64,000 nucleotides of DNA from Monocercomonoides exilis PA203 (Eukaryota > Protista > Preaxostyla), in assembly GCA_001643675.2 (NCBI GenBank), contig LSRY02000020.1:868001-932000 (forward strand), read 5' to 3'. The notes beneath the pieces were generated by a model that ran no database searches, had not been told where the DNA came from, and saw only the letters and a program-made list of their open reading frames with translations. Shown in pieces: positions 47,645-64,000 of the stretch. Made by a program: the position numbers and the translations under genes. How positions within the stretch are numbered: position 1 is the stretch's first letter; every line of letters begins with the position of its first letter.

Positions 47645-47873
47645 ACTTTTGTGTGAATTAAATAGATCTTTTTCCCATACTTAACTTCAAATATCACTTC
47701 AATCCATTTCGCGCTCTATACACTTCAATTAACAAGTTAAATTCCCTCCAATGGGTTTATTTTTTTATGTTTTATAATATATTCTTTATTTTATTTTTAT
47801 TTTTTGTTTTATCATAAATACAAACCTTTTCAATACTTTTCAATTTTTCAAATTAAAAGCTTCGACTCGAGAA

Positions 47874-53188
<5,315 letters not shown>

Positions 53189-53580
53189 ATGAATGGAGTT
53201 CAATTTTTTTTTTTAACAAAGTCATGTTGTTTATTGTTTTCTTGATTTATACATATATATATATATATAATTGTTGTATTTATTTATGTTTGAACGGCAA
53301 TTTTATTTATTTCTTTTTGGACGGAATATCAAAGAAAAAAATTTTTTTGTTTTTAAAAATACTTTTAAAAAAGTAAGGTTATTAAAAAGAATGAAATTAT
53401 GAGTTTGTAAGTATTTTTATTTTTTTATTTGGAAAAATGCATTCAATTTCTTATAAGATTAGAACAACATACTTTCTTATGTCAAATAAAGAGATATAAA
53501 AATTATCATTTGTTTTTGAAATTTGTTGAATGTGAAATAATATGTGAGATCAGACTGTTTACCTTTATCAAAAAAAGCTC

Positions 53581-56565
53581 ATGACTGAACAAATCGACGC
53601 CCACATATTGAGGTTTGGAAAAATAATGTAATATGCAACATAATTTCTGGAAAATGCAAAATTTTATTGAGTAATTTTATTTATTTAATGCTTTTTATAT
53701 TTTCCAAACCCTTTTCGAATTGAGCAAACTTTTAATTTATTTTAATTATTAAACATTCATTCCGGAATAATTTTATATATGATTGTTTTTAGGAAATATG
53801 AAATTCTTCAGAAAGTGGGGAAAGGAGCATATGGAATTGTGTGGAAAGTTGCAGATAAGAAAACAGGAGATATTCTTGCACTTAAAAAAGTTTTTGATGC
53901 ATTCCAAAATGCGACGGATGCGCAGCGTACATATCGTGAAATTTCCATTTTGACTGAACTTGGAAGACATGAAAACATTGTTCATCTCACAAATGTTATA
54001 AAAGCTGATAATACACGTGATATTTATCTTGTATTTGAATATCTCGGTCTGTATTTGTTTTGTTATATTTTTTTTCTCTTTATATTTTTAAATGTTTTGC
54101 TTTCGACTTTTATTTTTTTAAACTTTTTAAGAAACTGATCTTCATGTTGTTATAAGATCCAACATTTTGGAGCCAATCCACAAGCAATTTGTAATGTATC
54201 AATCCTTTAAAGCACTGAAATATTTGCACAGTGCTGGAATATTGCATAGAGATTTAAAGGTTTGCTTATTTAAATGAACTCATTTAAATCTGTAACATTA
54301 ATTCAGCCGAGTAATATTTTGCTGAACAGCGAATGTATAATAAAGGTTGCAGATTTTGGTCTTGCTAGACTTATTGGAAAGATGGAAGGAAAAGGAGCGC
54401 AAAATGCTCTCTTGACTGATTACGTTGCAACAAGGTACCACACTTTTTAGTAATAACAATGCATTAATTTTTTTATGCAAATATTTTTACGTTTAAATCG
54501 TTTTTGATGTTAATAGATGGTATCGAGCACCTGAGATTCTTCTTGGTTCGCAGCGCTACACAAAGGGTGTTGACATGTGGTCAATGGGATGTATTTTGGG
54601 TGAAATGTTAGGAGGAAAGCCAATGTTCCCTGGTTCTTCGACATCTAACCAGCTGCAGAAGATTCTAGAAGTGACTGGGATTCCGTCGCCAGAAGACGTG
54701 GACTCGCTGCAGAGTAGCTATGCGCGGTCTATGTTGGACTCTGTTGTCTCATCGGTGCCTGCTCACCCACGCCCGTTGAATGAGCTGTTCCCCACTGCTC
54801 CTGCAGATGCACTGGACTTGCTGAATAAATTGCTCCAGTTCAATCCGAACAAAAGGCCCACAGCGGAGCAGGCGCTGCTGCATCCGTACATTGCGCAGTT
54901 CCACAATGAAGAGGAGGAGCCTGTCTGTGAGAAGAAAATAGAAATCAGCTTGGATGACAATGTGAAGTATGTTTCGATGGATATAGAGAGAGAAAGAAAG
55001 AGAAAGAGAAATATAAAAGTATTGAAATTGTATTGAAAATTTAAAAAAAAATGAAATGAAGTTCATTTTTTTAAACTGTTGTATTTTTTAATTTATTTAT
55101 TTCACTGAATTATGTCTGGATTTGTTTGTCGGTTCAACGAAAATTAATCTTTTGCTTTTTTTTTTCAACCTTTTTTAATTGATGACAAATTATTAAATTC
55201 CACATTTCTATTAAATGTATATATGTGTGTGTATATATTCATTTCAGACTTGGCACTCAAGTCTATCGAGAAGCTCTGTACAAGCTTATCCGTCGGCAGC
55301 GTATCCAAGCGCGTCCATCGCGTTCATCGCATTCATCTCATGTGGAGGCAGACCAATCATCCATGGCACAGTCCTCGTCTTCTTCTTCATCCAGACAGCC
55401 CAACCCATCTCCTGCTGCTTCTCCTCACCCTTCCTCTTCCAGTCGAAGAGTCACTCACACAACAACTGCTGCTCCTTCATCATCGTCTTCATCCTCGTCG
55501 TCGTCGTCTTCTGTTGCTTCGAGAGATCGCCGCTATCGCGAAGGAGAGCTATCGCAGTCGTATTCTTCGCCTTCTTATGCGCATCCACCTTCATCTCATG
55601 ACTATCCTGCTTCTTCTTCCTCTTCTTCCTCTTCTTCCCATCACACCCACTCATCTTCTGGTCGCAGTGGAGATCGCGTTTCTTCTTCTCACTCTTCAAT
55701 GCGTTCATCCATGTCTTCCTCCTCCAACCAATCATCTTCCTCTTCTCTTCAATCATCCAACCCATCCTCCTCTTCTCCTTCTCCTTCTTCCTCTTCCTCT
55801 TCCTCTTCATCATACCCCTCTTCCCAATCGCCCAACCCCTCCCAGCCATCCACCCCTTCCTCCCATCTGATGTCCCACACCCACTCTTCCCTCAGCAGGG
55901 CATCGGCTGGCCTCACCACACCCACCCCTTCCCAGACAACACATATGTACCCTTACGCTGCTGGATCCTCGACTTCTTCAGCTTCTTCTATTGCAACATC
56001 TTCTTCTTCCTCGTCTTCTTCATCCTCGCATCACCATCGCCATCCATCTGCTTCTTCTTCCTCTTCTTCTTCTTCCTCTGGTGTGCATCGCTCGTCCAAC
56101 CCGCTCTCCCAAAGCATGTCAGCTGCCCCTTCACCAAGCTCCACTCCTTTGTACTCTGCCCCTTCTGCCTCCACCTCGTCCATGTCCTCTTCTTCTTCCT
56201 CTTACCTCAAAGCACGCTCTCCCGTTGGCTCTGCCTCGACACCGTATCGCTCTTCTTCTCCTTCTCGTTCGTTTGTTGTCTCATCGTCGTCTTCTTCTAA
56301 TTCCTCTTCCAATCAAGCGCTTCTTGCCTCTTCAATGAGCCGGTCGAACTCGCGCCCAGCGTCTCCGAAGTCCACCCCGCCGTATTCTTCTGCCTCGCCT
56401 TCTTCCTCTTCCTCTTCCTCTTCTTCTGGTTCCTATTCTCACTCTGGAATTATGTCTGTCTCCAGCTCGGCGTCGGGAAGAACCCGGCCGTCGTCGCGCT
56501 CTTCGCCTCATCTGCAGCCTTCGCCTGTGCCATCGCCACAGTTGGTAGGGGGAAGCGGGAGATGA
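53581..56565 (+). CDS. MAPK15: Atypical MAP kinase, ERK7/ERK8 (MAPK15) subfamily, with long Ser-rich tail (6 exons)
   Basis: [44 protein letters not shown] (ERK7 signature), HRDLKPSN, DFGLAR and [18 protein letters not shown]. Exons join through GT-AG introns to tail ORF 55225..56565. Confidence 0.92.
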
Positions 56566-58188
56566 AGGTGAAAGGGGGAAGAAAGGGAGAAGAAAGGGAA
56601 AAGGAAGAGAGAAGAGAAGGAGGAAAAAAAAAGGAGAAAAGAGGGGAAAGTGAGTAGGAAGGGAATTGGCTAGTTGTTTAAATGAGAAAGAGTAATGAAA
56701 GACGAGGACATGAAGAGAAGAAGAAATGTTTATGGAAATAATTTTTTTTTATGTAAGGAAGATGATTTTAAAAGGAGTCAATTGGTAGAGAAGGAGAAGT
56801 AATGATAAAAACAGAGGAGGGTGAATATGAATGAAAGGGAGGAGGAAAGTCAATTACATATTTTATTTATCGTCATGTATTTTTCTTTTTTTTTTTTGAT
56901 TTTTTTCTGATTTTTCTGATTTTTCTTCATTTCTACAATATTATTTGAAATATATCTATTTTTTTATTTTATTCATTTCTTTTTCAATTCTTATGACATT
57001 TTGCATCCATTTTTTAAACATTTTTAAACATTTTTGATTAAAAAGAAAGATATTTTCGTTTTCTGAAAATAATAACAGAAATAGGTTTTATGTAGGGCTA
57101 GCGCTAACAACGTATTGTGAATGTTCCATTCTATTTTTTGATTTTAACCTGCTTGTCGTACTTTTCAAGTCTTTATTCATGTCTTTTCCATTGTTTGGTT
57201 TATCCTATTTCGCTTTTTTATCGTCTTGTTCTTTTTTTCATATTTTCTTGGCCTTTTTCTATTGAATTTATCTTTGAATGAACCTATTTTTTTCGCTATG
57301 TTTTCTGCTTTTCTCGTCTTTTTTTAAATCTTTTTTGAAATTTTTCTCGTTTCATAAAACTTCTTTTCTTATCAAAATACAAAAAATTATTCATTTCTCA
57401 CACTTTATTCACAAAATAAAAAAAGATTATACCATTTTGAATGATGTGTTTTTATTTATATTTTTTTATGATTATTATTTCTTGAATAAAAAATAAACTA
57501 ACATCTCTTTTCACACTTGATTCAATCATTCGTTCATTCGTTCGTTCATTTTGTTAACAGCCTTTTTTTTCACTCTTAATATGTTTTTGATAAATGTGGC
57601 AAGGATGAATGGATTCGTTTTCTGATTTTTAAGCGTATTGTTATTTTCGATTAAATCATCACTTCATTTTCACAAAAAAATGAATGACAATTCTTTTTCC
57701 ACGTTTTTTTGAATGTTGTTTGCGTTTATCTCAAACTGCATTTTTTTTTTAACATATTCATGTTTTGCTTTATCATTCTTCTTGGTTCATGAAAAATGAC
57801 TGTTTTTAAAATTTTCATCTCATTTCATCAAAAAGATATTCTTTGTCACATTCTCCTTGCAACATAAGGATTGACTTTGTATTTTCAAATTAACACTTCC
57901 GTTGAATATTAATGCCCCTTTCTATCACCGCAACGCAATAAAAATATATTCATAAACAAAAAAATTCCACAAAAAAATGAAATAACTAGATAAATCATGT
58001 ACAATTTTTGTAATTTAAAATGAAAGGAAAATAAAAACGAGAGAGCAGAGGAGAAAAAGAAATTGACGAGAGGCAAAGACGAAATGATTGTTGGTGAAAT
58101 GAATTTCTATCCTGAAAACAATAATAAAAAGTGATTTCATTATTTGAAACATCAATGAAGAATTGAGATAAACTGTAACTTTTCCTTT

Positions 58189-59953
58189 TCATTGTGCTTG
58201 TTGATTAATTTCTCTGTTTTCAGAAGGCGCTGGCTGAGCTGGTGAAATGATGGTTGAGAGGAGGTACAAATGAAAAGCCGAAAAGAGTCTGTGGAGGAGA
58301 AAAGCAGAGGGAGATGCAAATTGCATTCTACAAATGATGCAAGTTGTGCTCAGCGGAGACGACAAGTTCGGTGCTGCAGAATGGGAAGACTGATGCGAAG
58401 AAGAGAATATGGCAGAGGAGGATGATGATGCCTTGGATGATGATGAAGATGAAGATGACAATGACGAGTAGTGCAGCTTGAGAAGTGAGCTCCAGTCAAA
58501 TGTGGGTGGAAGAAAAGGAGTGTCAAAAGGGCCAAGAAGAGGAAGAGACGAAGACAAAGAAGGCAATTGCGGAATAAAAATTGGATGGGGCTGGCGGAGT
58601 GAGCACATGTGTCTGGTTAGCTTCGTTTCTTCGTCTTCCTCTTCTGGCTCCTCTTCTTCTTTTTCTTCATCGTCATCGACATGTTCGTATTCATCTTTCA
58701 TTTCATCTGTTTCGAGTACCCTCTTCTTTTTATAGTCATTGTCAAAATCTCTTTCTCTTTCCTGGCTGCCTTTATGATGATTGTGATGATGATGGTGGTG
58801 GTGATGGTGATTATGAGAGTGTGCATCTGAAGGCGACAAGGAGTGCGAGTGAGATGAAATCGAATTAGACGTCGAATGCCTTCTCTCTTTTTGCTTATAT
58901 TGTTCGGTTTTTTCAGTATGTGGTGTTTTTGTTCTTGATCTTGATCTTTCGCTTACAGATAAAGAGCGAGAACGTGAGGATAATGATCTTGAGCGCGATG
59001 TTGATGCGGATCGTGACACTCTTTTTTCACGCTTATTATCATGTGTTTGAGAAAACGATCGTGATCTTGAACGCAAACGAGAACGTGAGTGTGAATGTCG
59101 ATAAGAATGTGTGTGGAACTGATTATCGTGAAGTGAAAATGAGTTTTGATCACCACTCATCGAGGATTGATGATGAGAAGCATATGAACGCATTGAATCT
59201 TCTCCGAATCCATCTTTTGAAAACATTTTGTCACTTGGCAATGATTCTTTTTGATTCGTCATTTCAGCTCGAATTTCACGAGGCCTTTCTGCACCACACT
59301 GAACACAATGACGCGCATTGAATTTGTTGGTGACAAAGCATTTCTCGCAGTTCCAGAATTTTGGCTCAGTGTAGGAGGAATCAAGCAACGGATCTATCTG
59401 CCCCCCACGTCCGTGCCATTTTCCTTGTCTTCTTCCGCTCCAAGACGATATGAGTCCATCTTTTACAGTTATAGAAGCCGTGTATTCCATATCATACGAA
59501 ATCCCTCCAAGAACAAATGTTCTATCACATTCTTCCTGTTTTTGAAAAAAATATTTTCTTATAATGATAATTATAATGCGAATATTGTTCAAACAAGGCA
59601 TTCTTTTGCTTTCTTAACTGAAGGAAATTCAACTTTGGCTGAAATAACAGAACCTTGACGACACAATTTCATATCAACAAAAGGTCCAAATTCTGAAAGT
59701 GTAGCTGATACTGCTTCAAGTGGAGTTCCTTGCGGTAAGTGCTTTATTATAATGCATGTTGTAGCCCTGATTTTAGGAAGAAACATAATATATTTAAATG
59801 GTGGTTGTATGATCTAGTGAAAGAAGGAAGATAGCAAACAAATTGTATAGGAAAAATAGTTTTCAGAATAGTGATGAATGATTTGGTTTTGATATTAATT
59901 TTCGAAACGAAATGAATCTTAGCCTTGTGAATTCGACGAAAGAGACCATTCAT
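58189..59953 (-). CDS. RBM5/RBM10-like RNA-binding protein (RRM + RanBP2 zinc finger + RS-rich region + C2H2 finger); 5' end uncertain
   Basis: RRM-like CIIIKHLPQG...AKVEFPSVKKAKECL spliced to EECDRTF; WNCEKCFVTNKFNARHCVQCGAERP; RS dipeptides; CIICRMQFASPSAFLLHRLFSAFH. Confidence 0.75.
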
Positions 59954-60465
59954 TTATCTCTTCTTGCACCAAAATTATTCTCATAGAAAAAGCGCATCTT
60001 GGTGATCTCATTTGTTCGCTACATTGAAGTTATTTTTCTTTAACTCTTTGTTGTTTATTCCAAAATTTTTCAGATTTTTTTTTAACAAAAAAACATAACT
60101 GGAAATTCCAATGGAAAATTGCATGTTTTGAATAAGTGTAAATGTATATACATATTTACTGAAAATGCGTGAAAGTGAAAATTAAAATAAACTTTTTCAA
60201 ATGAAAAGAATAAAAAGGAATTGTTGAAATACAAATGATAAAAAATTTTCCAAATTGATTTCGTTTGAAATCACAACATTTTTCTTTGTGTTAAAGCAAA
60301 CTTCTATTTTCAACAAATAAATTGATAAATAGTTAATAGAGTTATAAATTTCAAAAGACAATTGGAAAAAATAAAAACTATATAAGCTTAAATACATTTT
60401 TGCACGAATGACAAATTAGTGTTAATTGTCAGAAGGTAAATGATAAAATCATAGACTTTTTTCTT

Positions 60466-61381
60466 TCATTTTAGCTTTGATTCTTGTGATTGCTCGATTT
60501 TATTCGTTGGGCAGCAAAGAGAAATAACATCAGTAACTGTTTTTAAGACGTATGTAGGCTTTATATCTAAATCATGTAAATGGCGAGAATGTGGAACTAG
60601 AGCAGTGTCTATATTAGCACTATGAAATAATTAATTGCAATAAAATGAATTTTATGTAAATTTTCAAACCTTTGTCCGCACTTGATATCAGCTTCATCAT
60701 CTCCAACATAAAGCACTTTTCTTTTTCCAGCATCATCAATGATACCAATTTGGTTCAAAGTGTAATTTAATGGAACAGGTGATGGCTTGGAAACAATAAA
60801 TTCACTGGGGGTAAATGTAAACTTATAATTAAAAAATTTTTTTCAGAGTCAATTAGATGTTCTTGGTGAAATTTCTCATACATCAAAAAAGTCTTCGAGT
60901 TTGTAAAAATGAAGATGCCTGTTAAAGGCTTCCCGAAGCCTGTTTGTAACAATTCCGATTTTTATGTTTCTATGTTTCAATTCTGTCATCATCTCAATCA
61001 TTCCTGGAAAAAGAGAAAGATGATCATTCTCTTTTTCCTTTTGAATTTCTAGGTATCGCTTCTTTATCTCTATGAACTCTTCAGACTCTAAATGTCGACC
61101 AAATAAAGTTGAAAGTTCTTCTGACAATTCTAATGATCTAAATTCTTTCTTTAAATAAAATATCAATAAAAACTAAAAATATATTTTGTTTCAAACTTCA
61201 ATTTGTGCCTCACTCTTGTCCAATCCATACTCATTAAGCAACGCTTTCCTAGAAGCAACGCTCATTCCTAAATGGAATGAATCACAGAATTATCAAAAAA
61301 TTTTTAAACAAAACCTAGAGAATAAGAAATTGTTCCGTCAAAATCGAAAATAACGGTATTATATCGAAGCTCTTGTTCCAT
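60466..61381 (-). CDS. HAD-superfamily (subfamily IA) phosphatase, phosphoglycolate phosphatase-like (5 exons)
   Basis: Spliced reading gives VIFDFDGT (motif I), GIVTNR (motif II), KPSPVP (motif III) and YVGDDEADI (motif IV). ATG at 61381, TGA at 60466. Confidence 0.85.
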
Positions 61382-61760
61382 TAAAAAATGAAGCTTTAAC
61401 TTTGAAGCTGTTGACTTATTGCAGCTTCTGAATATTTGTTAGAAAAATATTACATTCGTTTCGGATCACTAATCAAATTATACATTCTTTCACTTTCATA
61501 AAAAATAGAAAAATACTTTTCACTTGAAAAAAAGTATGCAATGAACATTTCTAATGTTAAATCAAACATTTTGAATGATAATCAAAACAAATATATGTCA
61601 AATTACATTCAAAGCTCAAAAGAATAGATTTACAAATTTTTCACAAAAGAAAATCCTCGAACTTTCTAAGATAAACGCAATCTTTACAATTTAACATGAA
61701 AAAAAAGTTGTACAATGTACAACTAAAAAATAAAAACAAAAAAATTTTTTTTCATTGACT

Positions 61761-64000
61761 TCATTTTATTTTATGTTTACAACATTCACTCCTTGCAGCA
61801 AGTGTAGATATGAATCGTCCAAGATCAATTCCGCGCAGCCTTCCCTGGGCATCGCAAATGAAGACAAGAGAACCGATGCAGCAGCACACGACAACGTCTG
61901 TCACGAACCAGCACACGATGCTGCCATCGAGCGAGTCCCAGATCACAATCACACTTTCAGAGTCGTTTGAAGGCGAAGGGCTGTTGAGAGAATTTGACAT
62001 GCCTTTCAAAGAGGAAGAGCGAACTGGAACAGAAGAAGACAACAAAGAAGAAGAGAAATGATGGGAGTATGTCAGAATGTATCTCTGGCTTTCAGTTCCA
62101 GAGGAGCGTAAATGGAATGATGACTGAGAATGTGATAAATCAGACTGAGCTGGTTTTTCTTCATTTAAATCTGAATCTTTATTCTTTTGTTCTTTATCAG
62201 AAATGTTAATATTCGCTTGTGCTTCTTCTTCTTCTTCCTGTTTATGACTGCTGCTCTTTTCATCAACTTGGTCTTTCATTGAATCATTTTTATGTGTTTG
62301 TTTTAGATTCCCCTTCGAAAATGTCCTTTTTCTCGCCTCAATCCAGCTCATTCCATTGACGCATCTGCCCACTTTCTCTATCTCCACATGCAGTCTGCTA
62401 AATGTCCCCGTCTTAAAGATGCGCATCCCGCCTTCCAAAGAACCCACAGCGAGTCTTGACGAAGAGAGGCACACGCCACTCATCCGGGGCTTGTTGTTCA
62501 GCTGGTGCGAAAACAGAAGGGAAGGAGCAGAACAAGAGGGATCAGATGAAAAAGATGAAGGTGAAGAGGGTGAAGGAGATGAAGATGTTGTGGTTGAATG
62601 AGAGTTTGATGCAGTTGCCCGAGCATTTGCAGATGAATTGCATGATTCTAAATCGTCTGATGCTGACTCTGATGAAATGTCCCACTGATTGACACAGCCA
62701 TCATACGAAACAGAAATGAGATATTGCGATGAAGCTAAGAATGATGGGGGAAAAAAATAACGAGATATTTGAAAAATGAATTTAAATAATAGAAAAAATA
62801 ATGAGTACCAATAAAAGGTTTTGAAAACAAACAATTTGTATCCTTTTCATTGCTCTTGTTTTGGTCTTGTTTCATACTTCTAATCATCTTATCTGTACCA
62901 TCCTGATCTTTCCTCTCCTTTCTATCATCACTTGCATAACTTTTCCCAACTTCAACTTTTTCGTCTTCTCCACTCTCCAAGCTATTAATCCGATCTTTCG
63001 ACACGACCGAAGCCGAAGAAATCGTCAGCCCAGTCACTTTCTGTGTGTGTTTGTCCAAATGCTTAATCATCCCTCTCTGAAGCGTCCACTCCACAATCGC
63101 TCCATTGTCGCATCCAACATACACAACATCGTTTCTATTCTCGTTCTCGTTTTCGTTCTCGTTTTCTTCTTGCTCATCATCCTCAGCATCTTCATCTTCA
63201 TCACCATCTTCTCCTTCTCCTTCTCCTTCTCCTTCATCCACCTCATTCTTATCTTTTGCTTTCTCCCTTTCCGACCCACTCATCTTTCTAGCCAATGAAT
63301 ACTCCGTCTGGTTCCACAGCATGGCTGTGATGGAAGCAGAGGGAGAAACACTCACCCGATGTATTTGTGTGTATGTAAGCACGTCAAACACGCAGACTGA
63401 CCCAGCCGACGTGCCCACAAAGAGAAGAGAAGGCACCTCGCAAATGGAAGGGAAGCGTAAATGCGCTAGTGCTGGTGTGGTGTTCTGCAGGGAGTCGAAG
63501 AAAGACACAGAAGAAAGCGCGACAGAAGAGTCGGAACATTCGTCCGTCTCGTTTGGCAGTGGAATGAACGTCATCATCTGCGAGGCAGCTGGTGATGAAG
63601 TGAAATGCGATGAGGTTTGTGGGCGTTTGAGGGAAGTGCTGTGATGTGTGGTTGTATTCAGGCGGTTGCTTGAAGGAGGAGGAGGTGGTGGTGGTGGGGG
63701 GGGAGGTGGAGGTTGAAAGTGAGATAAACGATTGGGCGATGAAGTTGATTGAAGCTCTGTTTGGGAATCTAACATTGAGCGTGAAAGAGGCGGAATGGGA
63801 GCTGTGCGCTTGGTTGTTTGGGGAATGTTGGATGTCTTTTGTTCAGATGATTGTGCAACTGGTTGAGTTAGAGATGGATCACTCACAATCTCATTCTGTT
63901 GATACAAAGTGGATTTATTTGGATTCTCAACTGATTCGGTTGGTTTTGCTGTGATTTCTGATTCTTCTGCGGTTTTGTCTTTAGTTTCTGGATTCGTTTC
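61761..64000 (-). CDS. WD40-repeat protein with low-complexity insertions; 5' end lies beyond the window
   Basis: Frame is open from 64000. Intron 62832-62735 joins ORFs 62735..63907 and 61761..62834. WD-like LFVGTSAGSVCVFD, VYVGCDNGAIVEW, YLISVSYDGCVNQWD and LAVGSLEGGMRIF. Confidence 0.75.

Noticed and set aside
57080-57170. GC-richer island in a long AT-rich spacer considered as tRNA, snRNA or snoRNA
   Set aside because: No cloverleaf, Sm site context or convincing C/D or H/ACA boxes by eye. An Infernal/Rfam scan would be needed.

Overview
Gene-dense eukaryotic genomic DNA in the standard genetic code (ORFs of up to 15 kb are free of TAA/TAG, and genes end in TAA, TAG or TGA). Intergenic regions and short spliceosomal introns are very AT-rich, and proteins carry pervasive poly-Ser insertions. 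This style, plus a member of a recognisable expanded hypothetical-protein family, suggests an oxymonad such as Monocercomonoides (inference, not verified). About 14 protein genes: a bacterial-type fused CoA-enzyme activase/2-hydroxyacyl-CoA dehydratase Fe-S protein, a lineage-expanded hypothetical protein, a membrane-anchored S41 peptidase, an ArfGAP-BTB fusion, a small membrane protein, a TPR (C8orf76-like) protein, a multi-pass membrane protein, ASCC3/Slh1 helicase, a ~5,060-aa IQ/pseudokinase-like giant, a myotubularin, an ERK7/MAPK15-type kinase, an RBM5/10-like protein, a HAD phosphatase and a WD40 protein. The most striking non-coding structure is a 1,260-bp foldback element (15004-16263) with two apparently perfect 302-bp inverted arms. 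It contains a nested 257-bp MITE whose 6-bp target duplication can be checked against the opposite arm. Splice donors are strongly +4U, and there is one probable GC-AG intron. All exon structures were inferred by hand.
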